From Blepharisma stoltei ATCC 30299 (lineage: Eukaryota > Protista > Ciliophora): a stretch of DNA of 64,000 nt. Position numbers and translations under genes: made by a program. Position 1 is the first letter of the stretch, and every line of letters starts with the position of its first letter. Shown one piece after another: positions 12,597 through 24,437 of this stretch. The stretch lies in the NCBI GenBank assembly GCA_965603825.1, contig CBFDEM010000051.1, forward strand, positions 806,001 to 870,000, written 5' to 3'. The notes beneath the pieces are model-generated. The model saw only the letters and a list, made by a program, of their open reading frames with translations. It was not told the DNA's origin and did not search any database.

Positions 12597-13598
12597 ATGC
12601 AAAAAATGTGGAAAGAATTATCACTAAAGCAAAATCCCCATAAAAATTATCCTCCTAATTCTGAAAATAGGAGAGAATTCTTATATCAAGAAACCCATCC
12701 CAACTTTAACTCATACCAGACATATAGAGAAGAAGCCAGATACCCCCGTATTCAAACATATAAGCAAGATCCAGCAACATTTATGCCAGATTTGCCACAA
12801 AAAGAGTCCCAGATTAGTGTGGTAAAATGCAGCTCTAATTGATGTAATAAAAACGCAACAGCCTGATGCCGCTGTAAAAATCAATACTTGCATTTCTGTG
12901 CTGAGGATTTAGAAAACCACATTATAAATTCTCCTGGAAATCATAACTTTCAAAAATTACTTGATGGCTCAAATATACAAACCAATAGTGATTTTTTGCT
13001 TTATATGCAATATAAAATGCAACTCCTGAGAGATTTAAAGGAAAAATTAGTGAATAAAATCTATGCTGAGATATGCAAATTAGAAAATAGCTTAATGACT
13101 TTTATTGAAAAAATTGACCAAGAAATTGCTTCATTTGCATTAAAATTTAGTCAAACTACTCAAGAGCTTGAAAGCTGCTACTGGTACAAAAATGACGATT
13201 ATTTTAATCAGCTACCAGATGAAGTATTTGAATTTATCAAAGAAAATCAGAAAACGTCTATTTCTGAAGCTTCATGTGAAACAATAATATCAGAAATTTA
13301 TAAAGAGCTAGGTTGGGTTAAAAATGCAGGATTTCAAGAGATATCCAGCAAAAATGAATATGAAATGACTAATCCAAGGTTCCAACCTGATTTAAAGACC
13401 TCAAACAGTTTAAATTTGAGGCAGCAATATCAACAGCCATACGCATTTCCTCAATATAATCAAATAATCACACCTCAACAGTATCAACAGCCATTCAAGC
13501 CTTATGAGGATCGACAGCCACGCATAAATCCTTATGATAATACAAAAACATATTCTTCGATTCGTGAAACTGCAACATTCAAATCAGAATGAATATAA
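12597..13598 (+). CDS. B-box-like / helical protein with Pro/Gln/Tyr-rich termini (member 8)
   Basis: Open with TGA=Trp (KCSSNWCNKNATAWCRC..FCAED). Ends gaa tga ata taa, aligning with aaa tta ata taa of member 9. Confidence 0.78.
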
Positions 13599-15178
13599 CC
13601 TTTATCTTTTAAATCTGGCAAATTATTTATAATTTCTTTACCCAGCATAATTAATATCTTTATATTCTTTATTATTTGCATGAAACTAAAGCTTTTCCCA
13701 AGTGAAAATTCAATAGCAAATTTTAAAGAAAAATGTTTCATTATTTTGCTTATATTTTTCTTCTTGCCACAACTATTATGTTTAAGCACTTCGCATCTTA
13801 AAAGCATTATGTGTTATGGCTATGTATAAGAAACATTTATTCCAATTACTCCCTGCAATTTTTGGCAATTCAATTATTTTAAGTACCAAATAATACAAAT
13901 TTTGTTATAATAAATGAGTTTTAGTCCAAATATAATTAAGCAAAATCTTAGATAATTACCCATTAAAAAACTGATAATTGAATAGGAAATAAAAAAGAGG
14001 CACCTCTAGTGCGATAATAGCTGATATTAATTGATAGATGTACGCCCTAATTTAAATTAGAAAATATATATTAAATAGAGTCATTATCAGTCTGCCTTCT
14101 GGTGAGGCAGTCCAGATCTTAAAGCTAACCCTATAATTTGTGGAATTTATTGCTGGAAGTTGGATAAACCTTATGCACGAGAGGTGGCTTCTTCAAAATA
14201 TATTTTAGTGTCTGTCTTCAATATCTAGCCTAGCCTCTTTAATTGAGAAGGTTATTTAGTGTGTAGGATTGCCACCCTCAAGTCTGAGAAAATCTGCATT
14301 TGAAGTCTCCACAGTTATATGATTCCATAGCTAATTTTTTTAATGCAAATTGCAATTCCATGAATCAAGATCTTTCACAATTAAGGTAATGTTTAAAAAT
14401 AGAGCATGAGCTTTTGCTTTATTTGTTGTATGCAATATTGCTTGGGCAGAGTCTTCAGCAAAGGAGTCTATTCATCCCTGATAGTGATCTCGTGACGTGG
14501 ACGCAATCAATGATTCCTTATAGGGTTATCTCAGCCATGTTTAGGCAGCAGAATGCTCCATAAGGAATTATACACTTATTTATGGCAGGTATTTCATCCA
14601 CAAATCAATGAAAAAATCCTATAAGCTCAGACCCCCACATCAAATTTCTACTTATGATGAGGCTAAGATCCCTATTCCAGGAACAAGTCGTTGGCATAAA
14701 TTTTTTTATAGTTTTAACATAATGGCGAACAGCTTAGTATGAAGAAAAATAACAAATCTCCAAGAATTCAACAGACTTATAGTATTCCTTTAAAATTATC
14801 TGAATGTCTCATCTTAGATAGAGTTCATATAGGATAAATTAAGCTTCTTTTTAAAATTTTACCATAAAATTAACCCCTATTTGGTTACTCGTCAAAGAAG
14901 GAAAGTAATTATTGAATAGAACTCAAAAAACTCTGCCAGAAATTATTCAAATAGTCCAAATTCAGCACCTTTTCCTTCAATTCTTATTGCAAAATTCAAA
15001 GTGTGGAAGTTTTATAAGTATTTTTCGTACTTATTTATCTTATAATCAAAGCATTAAGCATGATGTAGTTTCAATTATAACAAATTAATGAGAAATTTTG
15101 AAGATGAATTTCAAAAATTAACCTGATTTGTAATAATTCAATCTACGATTATTGAGAATAAATATAAATAGGCATGAC

Positions 15179-16147
15179 ATGAAGAAAACTTATATATTAA
15201 ATAAGTACGGAAAACGAAATAATGCAGCGCATAATCTGAACTCCGACGTTGATTATCCTCCTAAGTTTGAAAATAGAAGAGAATTCATAGTTCAAGACAA
15301 CTATCCCATCTCATCTCCATACCAGTTAATAGACAACCCTGAAGTCCCAAATCTATCATATCTACAAGCTCCAGCAACATTTATGCCTGCTTTTATGCAA
15401 GAAGAGTCCCAAATTAGTGCTGTGAAATGCAGCTCTAAAGGATGCAATATAAACGCAACATCCTGATGCCGCTGTAAAAATCAATACTTGCATTTCTGTG
15501 ATGAGCATTTAGGAAACCATATTATAAATTCTCCTGGGAGTCACAACTTTCGAAAATTACTTGATGGCTCAAATATACAAACCAATAGTGATTTTTTGCT
15601 TTATATGCAATATAAAATGCAACTCCTGCGAGATTTAAAGGAAAAATTAGTAAATGAAGTCTATACTGAGATATGCAAATTAGAAAATAGCTTAATGATT
15701 TTTATTGAAAAAATTGACCAAGAAATTGCTTCATTTGAGTTCAAGTTTAATGAAACTACTCAAGAGTTTCAAAGCTGCTACTGGTATAAAAATGACGATT
15801 ATTTTAATCAGCTACCATATGAAGCAGCTGAATTTATCAAAGAAAATCAGAAAACGTCTATTTCTGAGGCTTCATATGAAACAATAATATCAGAAATTTA
15901 TAAAGAACTAGGTTGTGTTAAAAATACAGGATTTCCAGAGATATCAAGGCAAAATGAATATGAAGTAACTAATCCAAGGCCAGGCGATCGAGTTATCCCA
16001 TTACCGCCACGTCAATATATTCAAATACCCAAGCCTCCGGTTTATCAACAGTTCAAGCCTTATGAGGATCTACAGCCAGGCCCATGCTTAAGTTCTTACT
16101 ATCCTTCGAATCTAGAAACTGCAAAATTCAAATCCAAATTAATATAA
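15179..16147 (+). CDS. Tandem duplicate of member 8 (member 9)
   Basis: ORFs 15152 and 15488 join via TGA (ATSWCRC..FCDEHLGNH); near-identical core to member 8. Confidence 0.8.
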
Positions 16148-18011
16148 CCTTTTATTTTTTTAAATTTGGCGAATTATTTTAATTTGTTTATCCAAACATA
16201 ATTAATGTCTTTATATTTTTTTTCTGGTCACTACTATTATTGAAATAGGTTAAGGCGCTTCCGATATGAAAAACCATGAATGCGTTATGACTATATATAA
16301 GAAACATTTATTCCAATTGCTCCCTGAAATTTTCGACAATTCATTTCCTTTAAGCACCAAATAATGCACCTTTTTTGTAATTGGTAAGTTTCAGTCCAAA
16401 TATAATTAAGCAAAATCTTAGATAACTACCCTTATGGTTCAATAAGTGATGACTGAGTTAAAGGAAATAAATAAGAGAGACAGCGCTCTGGTGCGATAAT
16501 AGCTAATATTAATTAATAGATATACACCCTAACTTAAATTAGAAAATATATATTAAATAGAGTCACTGTCAGTCTGCCTTCTTGGTGAAACAGTCCAGAT
16601 CTTAAAGCTAAGGCGATATGAGATAATTGAATCAAGAGTAGCCTAGACAGAAATATTGGTATCTTTCATTTGCTAGAAATTGAATTGTTCAGCAATATTC
16701 TTAGAATAGTTAGGCAAACCTCTACAGAAAACTATGAGTTTCAATTTGGGCAACAAGAACAGTTTTCCACTTCATGTTAGATTCAAAAATACTCCTGGGA
16801 TCAAGCTACTCCTATTGTCCTTTGCAGGCCCGAAAAATCCATAAGTTGCCTACTAAGACTGAAGCCTAATACGAGCAGCATAACCTTTTCCTATAATTTG
16901 TGGATGAATCTTCTGCACGAAAGATATATTAATGGCTTTTCAAAATATAGTTAGTGTCTGTTTTCAATATCTAGCCTAACCTCTTAAATTGAGAAGGTTA
17001 TTTAACCTTTAGGATTGTCACCTTCAGGTCTGAGAAAATCTGCATTTGAGTCTCCACACTTATATGACTCCATAGCTGATTTTTTTAATGCAAATTGCAA
17101 TTCAACAAATCAAGATCCTTCACAATTAAGGTAATGATTGAAAATTAAATTTCGTTTCATTTTTAATATTTGTTAAATTTCCAACTCTAAACATCATAGA
17201 TTATATAATGAACAAAATTATTACATATAAAGCAATAAATAAATATGATTAAAGCTAAAAGCAGCTTTGAAGCATGCCAGACATAGCAACTGCTCGATAA
17301 TTTTGTGAAAATCAGGACCTGTTTTTCTGTGCTGGGCGCAATTAAAGAACCCATTGATTTTTCAGGCAAGTATTGTTTGGGCCAGAGTCTGCAGAAAGGA
17401 GTATATTTACCCCTGATACTGATCTGGTGATGAGGACACAATCAATGATTCCTTATAGGACTATCTCCACCATGCTAAGGCGGCAGAATGCTCCACAATA
17501 AATTATACACTTATTTATGGAATATTTTATCAAAAAAATCGATGAGAAAATCTTATAATATCAGGCCCCACACTTAAGATGAGGCGAAGGTTCCTAGTCC
17601 AGGACCAAGTCATTGCCATCAATAGCTTTCACAATGGCAAACAGCTTAGTTTGAAGAAAAATAAAAAACCTCAGGAATTCACAAACATATAGAATTTCTG
17701 TCATATTATCCGGATGTCTCATCTTAGATAGAGCTCATACAGGAAAACTTATTCTTTTATCCTTTCCTGCCCATTAATCATTTAGTGCATTTTCAGATGC
17801 AATAAATGTCGAATTAGTACTTGTTTAACTTTACCTTATATTATAATTCTGGAGATTTGCAAAGAATAAATCTAGCTCTTTTTAATATTATAAGGCGAAA
17901 TTTGAATAATTCATATCAATTTAACACCTGATTGCTATTTTATAAAATATTATACTAATAAAAAAATTTGATATCCATATAAAGTAGCACTATAATTTAA
18001 TTTCATTCAAA

Positions 18012-19763
18012 TTACTCAATAGAATTAAGGCATGAAATAAACTCAGGGTCTTCGTTAAGAATCTTAAAAGCATCTTTAAACCTTGGCCTCTCCCCATACT
18101 TATAAGCAAGCATCCGCCTTAGTAGTCTTTGAGCCCAAACCTGCTCTAAATTATCAATCTTTAGCATCAGCTCACTTTGCTTCTTTTTCTCATTAAAGCC
18201 TTTAACCGGCTGCATTGTAACCATCATCAAAAATGTAAGTCCTAGAGAATAAACATCCGACTTTTCCTTGCTAAACTTAATTTTCTCATCAAATTTCTTT
18301 GTGCGCATATAAATTTCGTGGCGTATTTTCAACTCAGGCGACATCCAGCTTTTGGTTCCCTTGAAAAAATTAAGATATTCTGCATCTTGATATGAAGCTT
18401 CAATTGTATTAAAGGTTTCCGACAAATCGAAGTCTCCCAGCTTGTATTGTCCTCCACTTGCGATAAAAATATTTTGGGGTTTTATATCACAGTGATTTAT
18501 TTTCCTTTCTCGTAATTTTCTGAAAATATCAAGGAGGGCGTAAAACTTTTGGGCGAGTTCACGATTTTCATAGCGGAGACTTTTTTGGCTCAGATTCGCG
18601 ATCTCATGCAGAAGAGTGGATTCACAGTATTCGAGGACTATACAAAGACTATGGTAATCTCTTTCAGAATTCTCAGAAAAATGTCCGTAATAGGTTAAGG
18701 CAAAATCCATCCCGGTTTGAGAAAATTTTTCGTAGATTTCTACTTCGTTCTCGCAGTTTTGGATGACTTCTCTGCTATCACTGGCTTCTTTGCTATCACT
18801 GGTGTTGGATTTAGCTTTTGCAACTCTAAATTTTTTTAAAGCAACAATTGTTCCAGTTTGCCTAATTTTTGCTTTTATAACCTCGATATGGACTGCTCCT
18901 CTATCAACGCTGTATATGGTTGCATCTGGATCTTTTTTGTCAATGATAAGCTGATTTATATTTGTCACCCTAAATATAGCTCTTGGTTTTTCTACTAAAT
19001 TCTCCCTCTCTTTAGCCTCTTCATCAAACGGCTCTAGTCTTTCTATTTTTTCATTGATATCTAGCCGGCAATCAATTGAAGTGATTCAGTTAAAAATTCT
19101 TTTCCCACTACTATCTAAAACGCTAGTCAAATTTTGATCTGAGCGATTTTGAATTAAATCTTTATAAGTTTTCCGAAACAAATTATAAGCTGTGATTGCC
19201 ACTAAATCGTTTGTCTTTTTCTTCAATGCATCGTTTTTTAAAATGCTAATGATGTCAAGATAGCATTCTCTTAGCATCCAAATATCAAAATTAAACCTCT
19301 TTTCAATTCGCCAGGCATTTAATCCTAAATAGATTTCATTTTCAATATCTGAAAAATTATCATAAGCCAGCTCGATTTTTATTCTTTTAATTTCTTTTAC
19401 CAACCTTGAAATTGAATCTAAATCAGAAGAAAGTTTAATAGCTCTACCGATTTTTCTAATTAAAATTGCTATGGTTTCGAAAGAGTGTCATTTAATGCAA
19501 TTATTGAGATCAGCAAGTAAAGTGACACAATGCATGAAGACTTCTGGTATAGGAGCTTTTGTTGCAAAAAATGTTTGAAGATAGCGGGCATAGTAAAGAT
19601 GAATTATATCATTTTCTAAAAAACTTGGATTGCTTAGAATTGATTGCTTAATTTCTTGTAATTTTTCTCATTGGATAAGGACTTTGGTATTCAGCAAAAT
19701 TATAAGACTATCCGGCAAAGAATTGGCAAGTCTTTCTACTAAAATAGTTATCAATTCTTCCAT
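18012..19763 (-). CDS. Atypical Ser/Thr kinase A1 with unknown N-terminal helical domain (583 aa)
   Basis: ATG 19763 open to TAA 18012 with TGA=Trp; VALKKF, HCDIKPQN, GDFDLS, SPE, DVYSLG. Confidence 0.88.
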
Positions 19764-20049
19764 CTGCTTTAATAATTTTATATTATAATTTATAGAATTG
19801 AACATGGCATTAAACTTAAATTAATTATTTATGAAATTTTATATTTATTATTCTTTATTTGAGCTGCCTTGGTTATTAAATTAACATTAGGCTGAATATG
19901 TGTACAATTTTTTATTAATTTTTACTTTTTCTTTTTGCTCTGATACCTTTTTTATAATAAATAAAAGCGTTTAAACTAGGTTCTTTATTAATTAAAATTA
20001 GTTCCTGGGTAAATAAATCCATTTTTAAATATTTTAAGCGAAGAATAAA

Positions 20050-20825
20050 TTGTTTATTGCAACATTGAGCCTGAATATATTTTTGTTGTGGATGAGAAAA
20101 TTTTCAAGTTAGATTTTTATTTAGTCTTATATAAAGCAACTCCCATAAAATTTTATTTAACTTCATTTTCTAATATTAATCAAATCAATGAAGGATGATT
20201 ATAGCAAAGTATGGATTATCTAAAAATATTGTAATGCATATGAAATCTATAATGCCTGTTGATTTAAATCCTTAAATTCTACTAGATTTCTAATGTCATC
20301 ACTGCAAACTAATAAATAAGTAGGCCATTGAATATTGGCTATGATCATCCTAAACTTCTTATAAATGTTAAACCATCAATCTTAGAAAAGCTTGTGCATG
20401 CCTAAAATCAATCATTCCATACATTATTCAACTTTGCGACCTTAAAATCTTTTTGATATTCTTTTTATTATAGGTGCTCATAAACTCGGGATATTGCTTT
20501 TCTAAATGAGAATTGCTTAAAGTGGATTCTAAGTGACAACTTCTTTGATAATCTCATCAGCCTTTTTATTTTGAGGCTTTTTTTATCTAATACTCACCTG
20601 AGGATCATGATTAAAGTGTTGACTAATTATTTCAGCAAAGGTATTTCCCGCTAATGGATGCTTCACCTTGTAAGAAGCGCGGCAATTTTTTTCTTTGCAA
20701 TAATAATATGTATAATCTCCATATGTAGATTTTATTCGATAAGTAGCTTTATCGATTACTAATTGGGCATCTTGCTTGTACCACTTAAACTTCTTCAGTT
20801 CTTTAGCTCTATAAAGTATTTTTAG
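20050..20825 (-). mobile_element. Decayed FLYWCH/WRKY-type Zn finger, probable Mutator-like (MULE) transposase relic
   Basis: Minus-strand 20819-20583 translates to ..LVIDKATYRIKSTYGDYTYYYCKEKNCRASYKV..SQHFNHDP.., followed by stops and frameshifts. No ATG, so it is absent from the ORF track. The left boundary is approximate. Confidence 0.5.
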
Positions 20826-20991
20826 ATAATATTTTTATCACTAATCTAATTCTACCAGATAAAATTTAAAAATTAATAATAATTTTGAGCGGAATAAGAA
20901 TACTAATAATACAGATCATAAGCCTAATGCTACTAGAACATTTTCCTATATAATTTATACACCATATATAATATAGAAAAGCAGATATAAA

Positions 20992-22062
20992 ATGGAAAGC
21001 CATAAATGCATGTTTGAGCTTTGTGAACAGCCTGCAAAAATAAAATGCTCTTGCAAAATTCCAGTACTTTATTTTTGTATAAACCACATTGGCCACCATC
21101 TCATTATGTTAGGTTCTCACAACTTTGAAAACCTTTCAATCAAAACCGATTTTCAACCTACCTCAAAAGTGGAAATTTTAAAATACTTTTTATTGCAAAT
21201 TAAAGAGCTGGAAGGCTTAAAATCAAATCTGATAAGCCAAGTCTTTTCATCTGTTAAAGCTATATCATTTCAACTAAGCAAAGTTTTGAAGCAGTTAAAT
21301 GCAGAGCTCAGATTATTTAAAGAAGAAATGATAAAAGTTATCAATGAGAAAGATATCTTCAGCTCGGAAAATTTAACAATGTCAGGGACTGATACAATCA
21401 AGCTTCTTGAAGAAAAAAATCCTTTAAAAGACATTTCATTAGAAAAACTTATAATAGAAACATTTGAGTTTGTGAAAGGCTTAAAATTGGTTAATCATGA
21501 AAATTGTGCTACAAAAGAAGAATTAGCTGAATCCCAACAAGAAAAGTTTGAGCTCTCAGCTCAAATTTCTATTTTGAACGAAAAAATAAGCGCTCTAAAG
21601 GAAGAAAACTTAAATATTTCTAATAAAATTTCGATTGCTGAAAAAGAGCTGGGAGATGTAAGAACAGAGAATGAGCACTTATCTGAAAAAATTTGCCTTA
21701 TAAACAAAGAACTATCCATCTATAAAGACCAAAGTTCCCAACTTTCGAGCCAAGTTTCCAGTATTTCATTAGAGCTTAATAAGTCAAATTTAGAAAAGTC
21801 AAATCTTTCTCACCAAAATTCCCTTATTACACAAGAGCTCAATAATTTCAAAACCGAAAATTCAAGACTTTCAAATCAATTCAATCTTACTACTCAAGAA
21901 CTTAATAACTGCAAGGCTGAAAATTCAAGGCTAACCCAAGAGTTAAATAACTGTAGATCAGAAATAACGAGACTAAATCAATGCCGTGATATGGGTCCTC
22001 CTGGAGGTTGGCATCATCCTCCTCCACCCCCGGGTCACCACCCACATCATCATAAAAAATAA
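20992..22062 (+). CDS. B-box-like / long coiled-coil protein with Pro/His-rich tail (member 10)
   Basis: CMFELC-x7-CSC-x7-CINH-x3-H..H; TQELNN repeats; ends GPPGGWHHPPPPPGHHPHHHKK. Confidence 0.85.
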   Translation: MESHKCMFELCEQPAKIKCSCKIPVLYFCINHIGHHLIMLGSHNFENLSIKTDFQPTSKVEILKYFLLQIKELEGLKSNLISQVFSSVKAISFQLSKVLKQLNAELRLFKEEMIKVINEKDIFSSENLTMSGTDTIKLLEEKNPLKDISLEKLIIETFEFVKGLKLVNHENCATKEELAESQQEKFELSAQISILNEKISALKEENLNISNKISIAEKELGDVRTENEHLSEKICLINKELSIYKDQSSQLSSQVSSISLELNKSNLEKSNLSHQNSLITQELNNFKTENSRLSNQFNLTTQELNNCKAENSRLTQELNNCRSEITRLNQCRDMGPPGGWHHPPPPPGHHPHHHKK

Positions 22063-22410
22063 TAATATTTTAAGTAGACTAATTAATTTAATAATTTAAG
22101 TATAAAGATCAGCTTAATACCTATAATAGCATTAATATTTTATGAAATGTATAAAAAACTTTCCACTGATATATGAAGCTTATAATTTATGAAAAAAGAT
22201 ATTCATTTTTGGCTAAAAATTATTTGAAATTCAGTTATGCCATATCAATTTCACAAATTTTTTATAGATTTAGCTCTAAAACTGCTCAATTCCTACAAAT
22301 TTAAGATAAAAGTTTAGTGATTTTTATTTATTAAGATTTTAACTATATACGATATTCAGCTTGCACAAGTTTCCTTTACTGCCATCATAATAAATTAATT
22401 TTATTACCAT

Positions 22411-24120
22411 TTAATCAGACGAATTAAGGCACAAAATAAACTCAGGATCCTCTTCAAGCATTTCAAACGCCTCTTCAAATCTTGGCCTCTCCTCATCAAG
22501 ATAAGCAAGCATTCTTCTCAGCAATCTCTTGGCCCAATCCATTTGTAAATTTTCAATAATTTGTCTGAGCTCATCTTGATGTGCATGCTCATTAAACCCT
22601 CCAACTGGTCTAAGCGTAATCACCATAAGAAAAACGAGTCCAAGCGAATATACATCTGACCTCTCCTTGCTAAACTTTCTTTTGTCACAGGGGTTTCCGT
22701 TTACTTCCCAGCTTCTATATATCTCTTTCAGCTCTGGTGCCATATAATTTACAGTTCCCCCCAGAAATTCTCTGAGCTTTGTGCCTAGGTTTGATGCGTC
22801 ACTTGTTTTAAAGGTTTCTGATAAATCAAAATCTCCGAGCTTAAGTCGCCCATCACTTGTGATAAAAATATTTTGGGGCTTTATATCACAATGATTGACT
22901 TTTTCTTTTCGTAATTTTCTGAATAAATCAAGGAGAGTATAGATAATTTGAGCGATTTCTCGATTTTGGTAAGTTCGGTCCTGCATTTTTAATCTTACTA
23001 TTTCGTCAAAGAGGGTGCTATCACAGTATTCCAGAACGAGATTCAGTTTATACTGAACTTGCGTATTCTTTTTCTTTGTTGAAAGAAAGTGGCCATAATA
23101 TTTTAAGGTAAAGTCTGTATTTTTCATTGCTAATTTTTCATAGATATCTTTTTCGTTATACCCATTCTGCAAGTTTTCCCTGACGTCGCTAATAAAACTT
23201 TTTACGACTACGATTTCACCTGTATCTATAATTTTTGACTTATAAACTGCCAAGCGGTATGATCTCTTTTTAACACTTGCTAAGTATTGGCTATTGGAAT
23301 ATTGATTATCCAATTGACTTTTCGTAGTCACTCGATAAATGCTACTTGGGTCCTTGTCGTATAGATCAATCTTTCCTATTATCGGCTCAAAATTTTCTAT
23401 TTTTTCATTTATATCGTGTCTGCAATTAATTGAACTCATCCAATTAGAAATCCTTTTTTCATCGCCATCTAAAGCATTCATAAAATTTTGGCTTAAATTG
23501 CCCCTAATTAATCCACTATAAGTTTTTAGAAACCAAGCATAAACTTTAACAGCAACTAAGTCATTAATTTTTTGCTTTATTGTACTCTCAGCTAAAATGC
23601 TATCAACATTATTATAGCATTCTCTCAGAGTTCAAACATTAAAATCTGGCCTTTTCTGGACTATCCAGGATTTTATCCCCAAGTAAATATCATTTTCGAT
23701 ATCTCTAAGATCATCTATTGCAAGCTCAGTTTTAGCTCTCTTGATTTCTTTTACCAGTTTCGAGATTAATTCTATTCCTAGAGAAAGCTTAATAGAATTG
23801 CCTATTTTCCGGGTAATTATTGTGATGCAGTTTTCTAGGCTATAATCTCTGATACATTTTTTGAGATCAATAAGCAAAGTGATACCATGCATGTATGCTT
23901 CTGGTATAGGATCATCTGTAGCAAAAAGTGTTTGAAGATAGCGAGCATAATAAAGATGAATTATATCGTCATTTGATAAGTCTCTATTGCTTACAATTGC
24001 TTGCTTTATTGCTTGCAATGTTTCTCATTGGATAAGATTTCTATGATCAAGTAAAATATCTATGTCGCCTAAAGAGTATTTAGAAAGCTTTTTCGATAAA
24101 ATTATAATCAATTCTTCCAT
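22411..24120 (-). CDS. Atypical Ser/Thr kinase A2, paralog of A1 (569 aa)
   Basis: ATG 24120 in frame with ORFs 23632 and 22411; shared IIHLYYARYLQT N-domain; HCDIKPQN, GDFDLS, APE. Confidence 0.88.
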
Positions 24121-24437
24121 TCTTTAAAATATATTTATAGAATTAAGATGGTTTTATCTTTATTGCATAATTACTAATTATCAAAAAATATAAATACGAG
24201 GTATTCTTTATGATTAAAGATAATTTCATAGACTAATTTTGCAATAATTAGGGTGTATTATTTTTCTACTGAGAATTGAATTTTTTACTTTATTCAATTC
24301 TCAAAATGTATATAATAGGTTAGATATTAAGCTTTTTTAGAACTTATGCATTAGTTTACAATATTTTAGTTTAGATTTAAAAATATTGATATTTCTTCAG
24401 TATTTTTATTTAAGTCACTAATTTCTCATAAAAATTT

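Larger units (their letters stand above)
12312..17758 (+). repeat. Tandem segmental duplication (about 12312-14850 vs about 14900-17758)
   Basis: Colinear similarity across the upstream region, the gene and more than 1 kb downstream (e.g. atgtctcatcttagatagag at about 14805 and about 17714). Confidence 0.88.

Noticed and set aside
13590-13598. TGA acting as a context-dependent stop near gene ends
   Set aside because: The TGA aligns with a sense codon (TTA) in the paralog, and both genes share the TAA two codons later.
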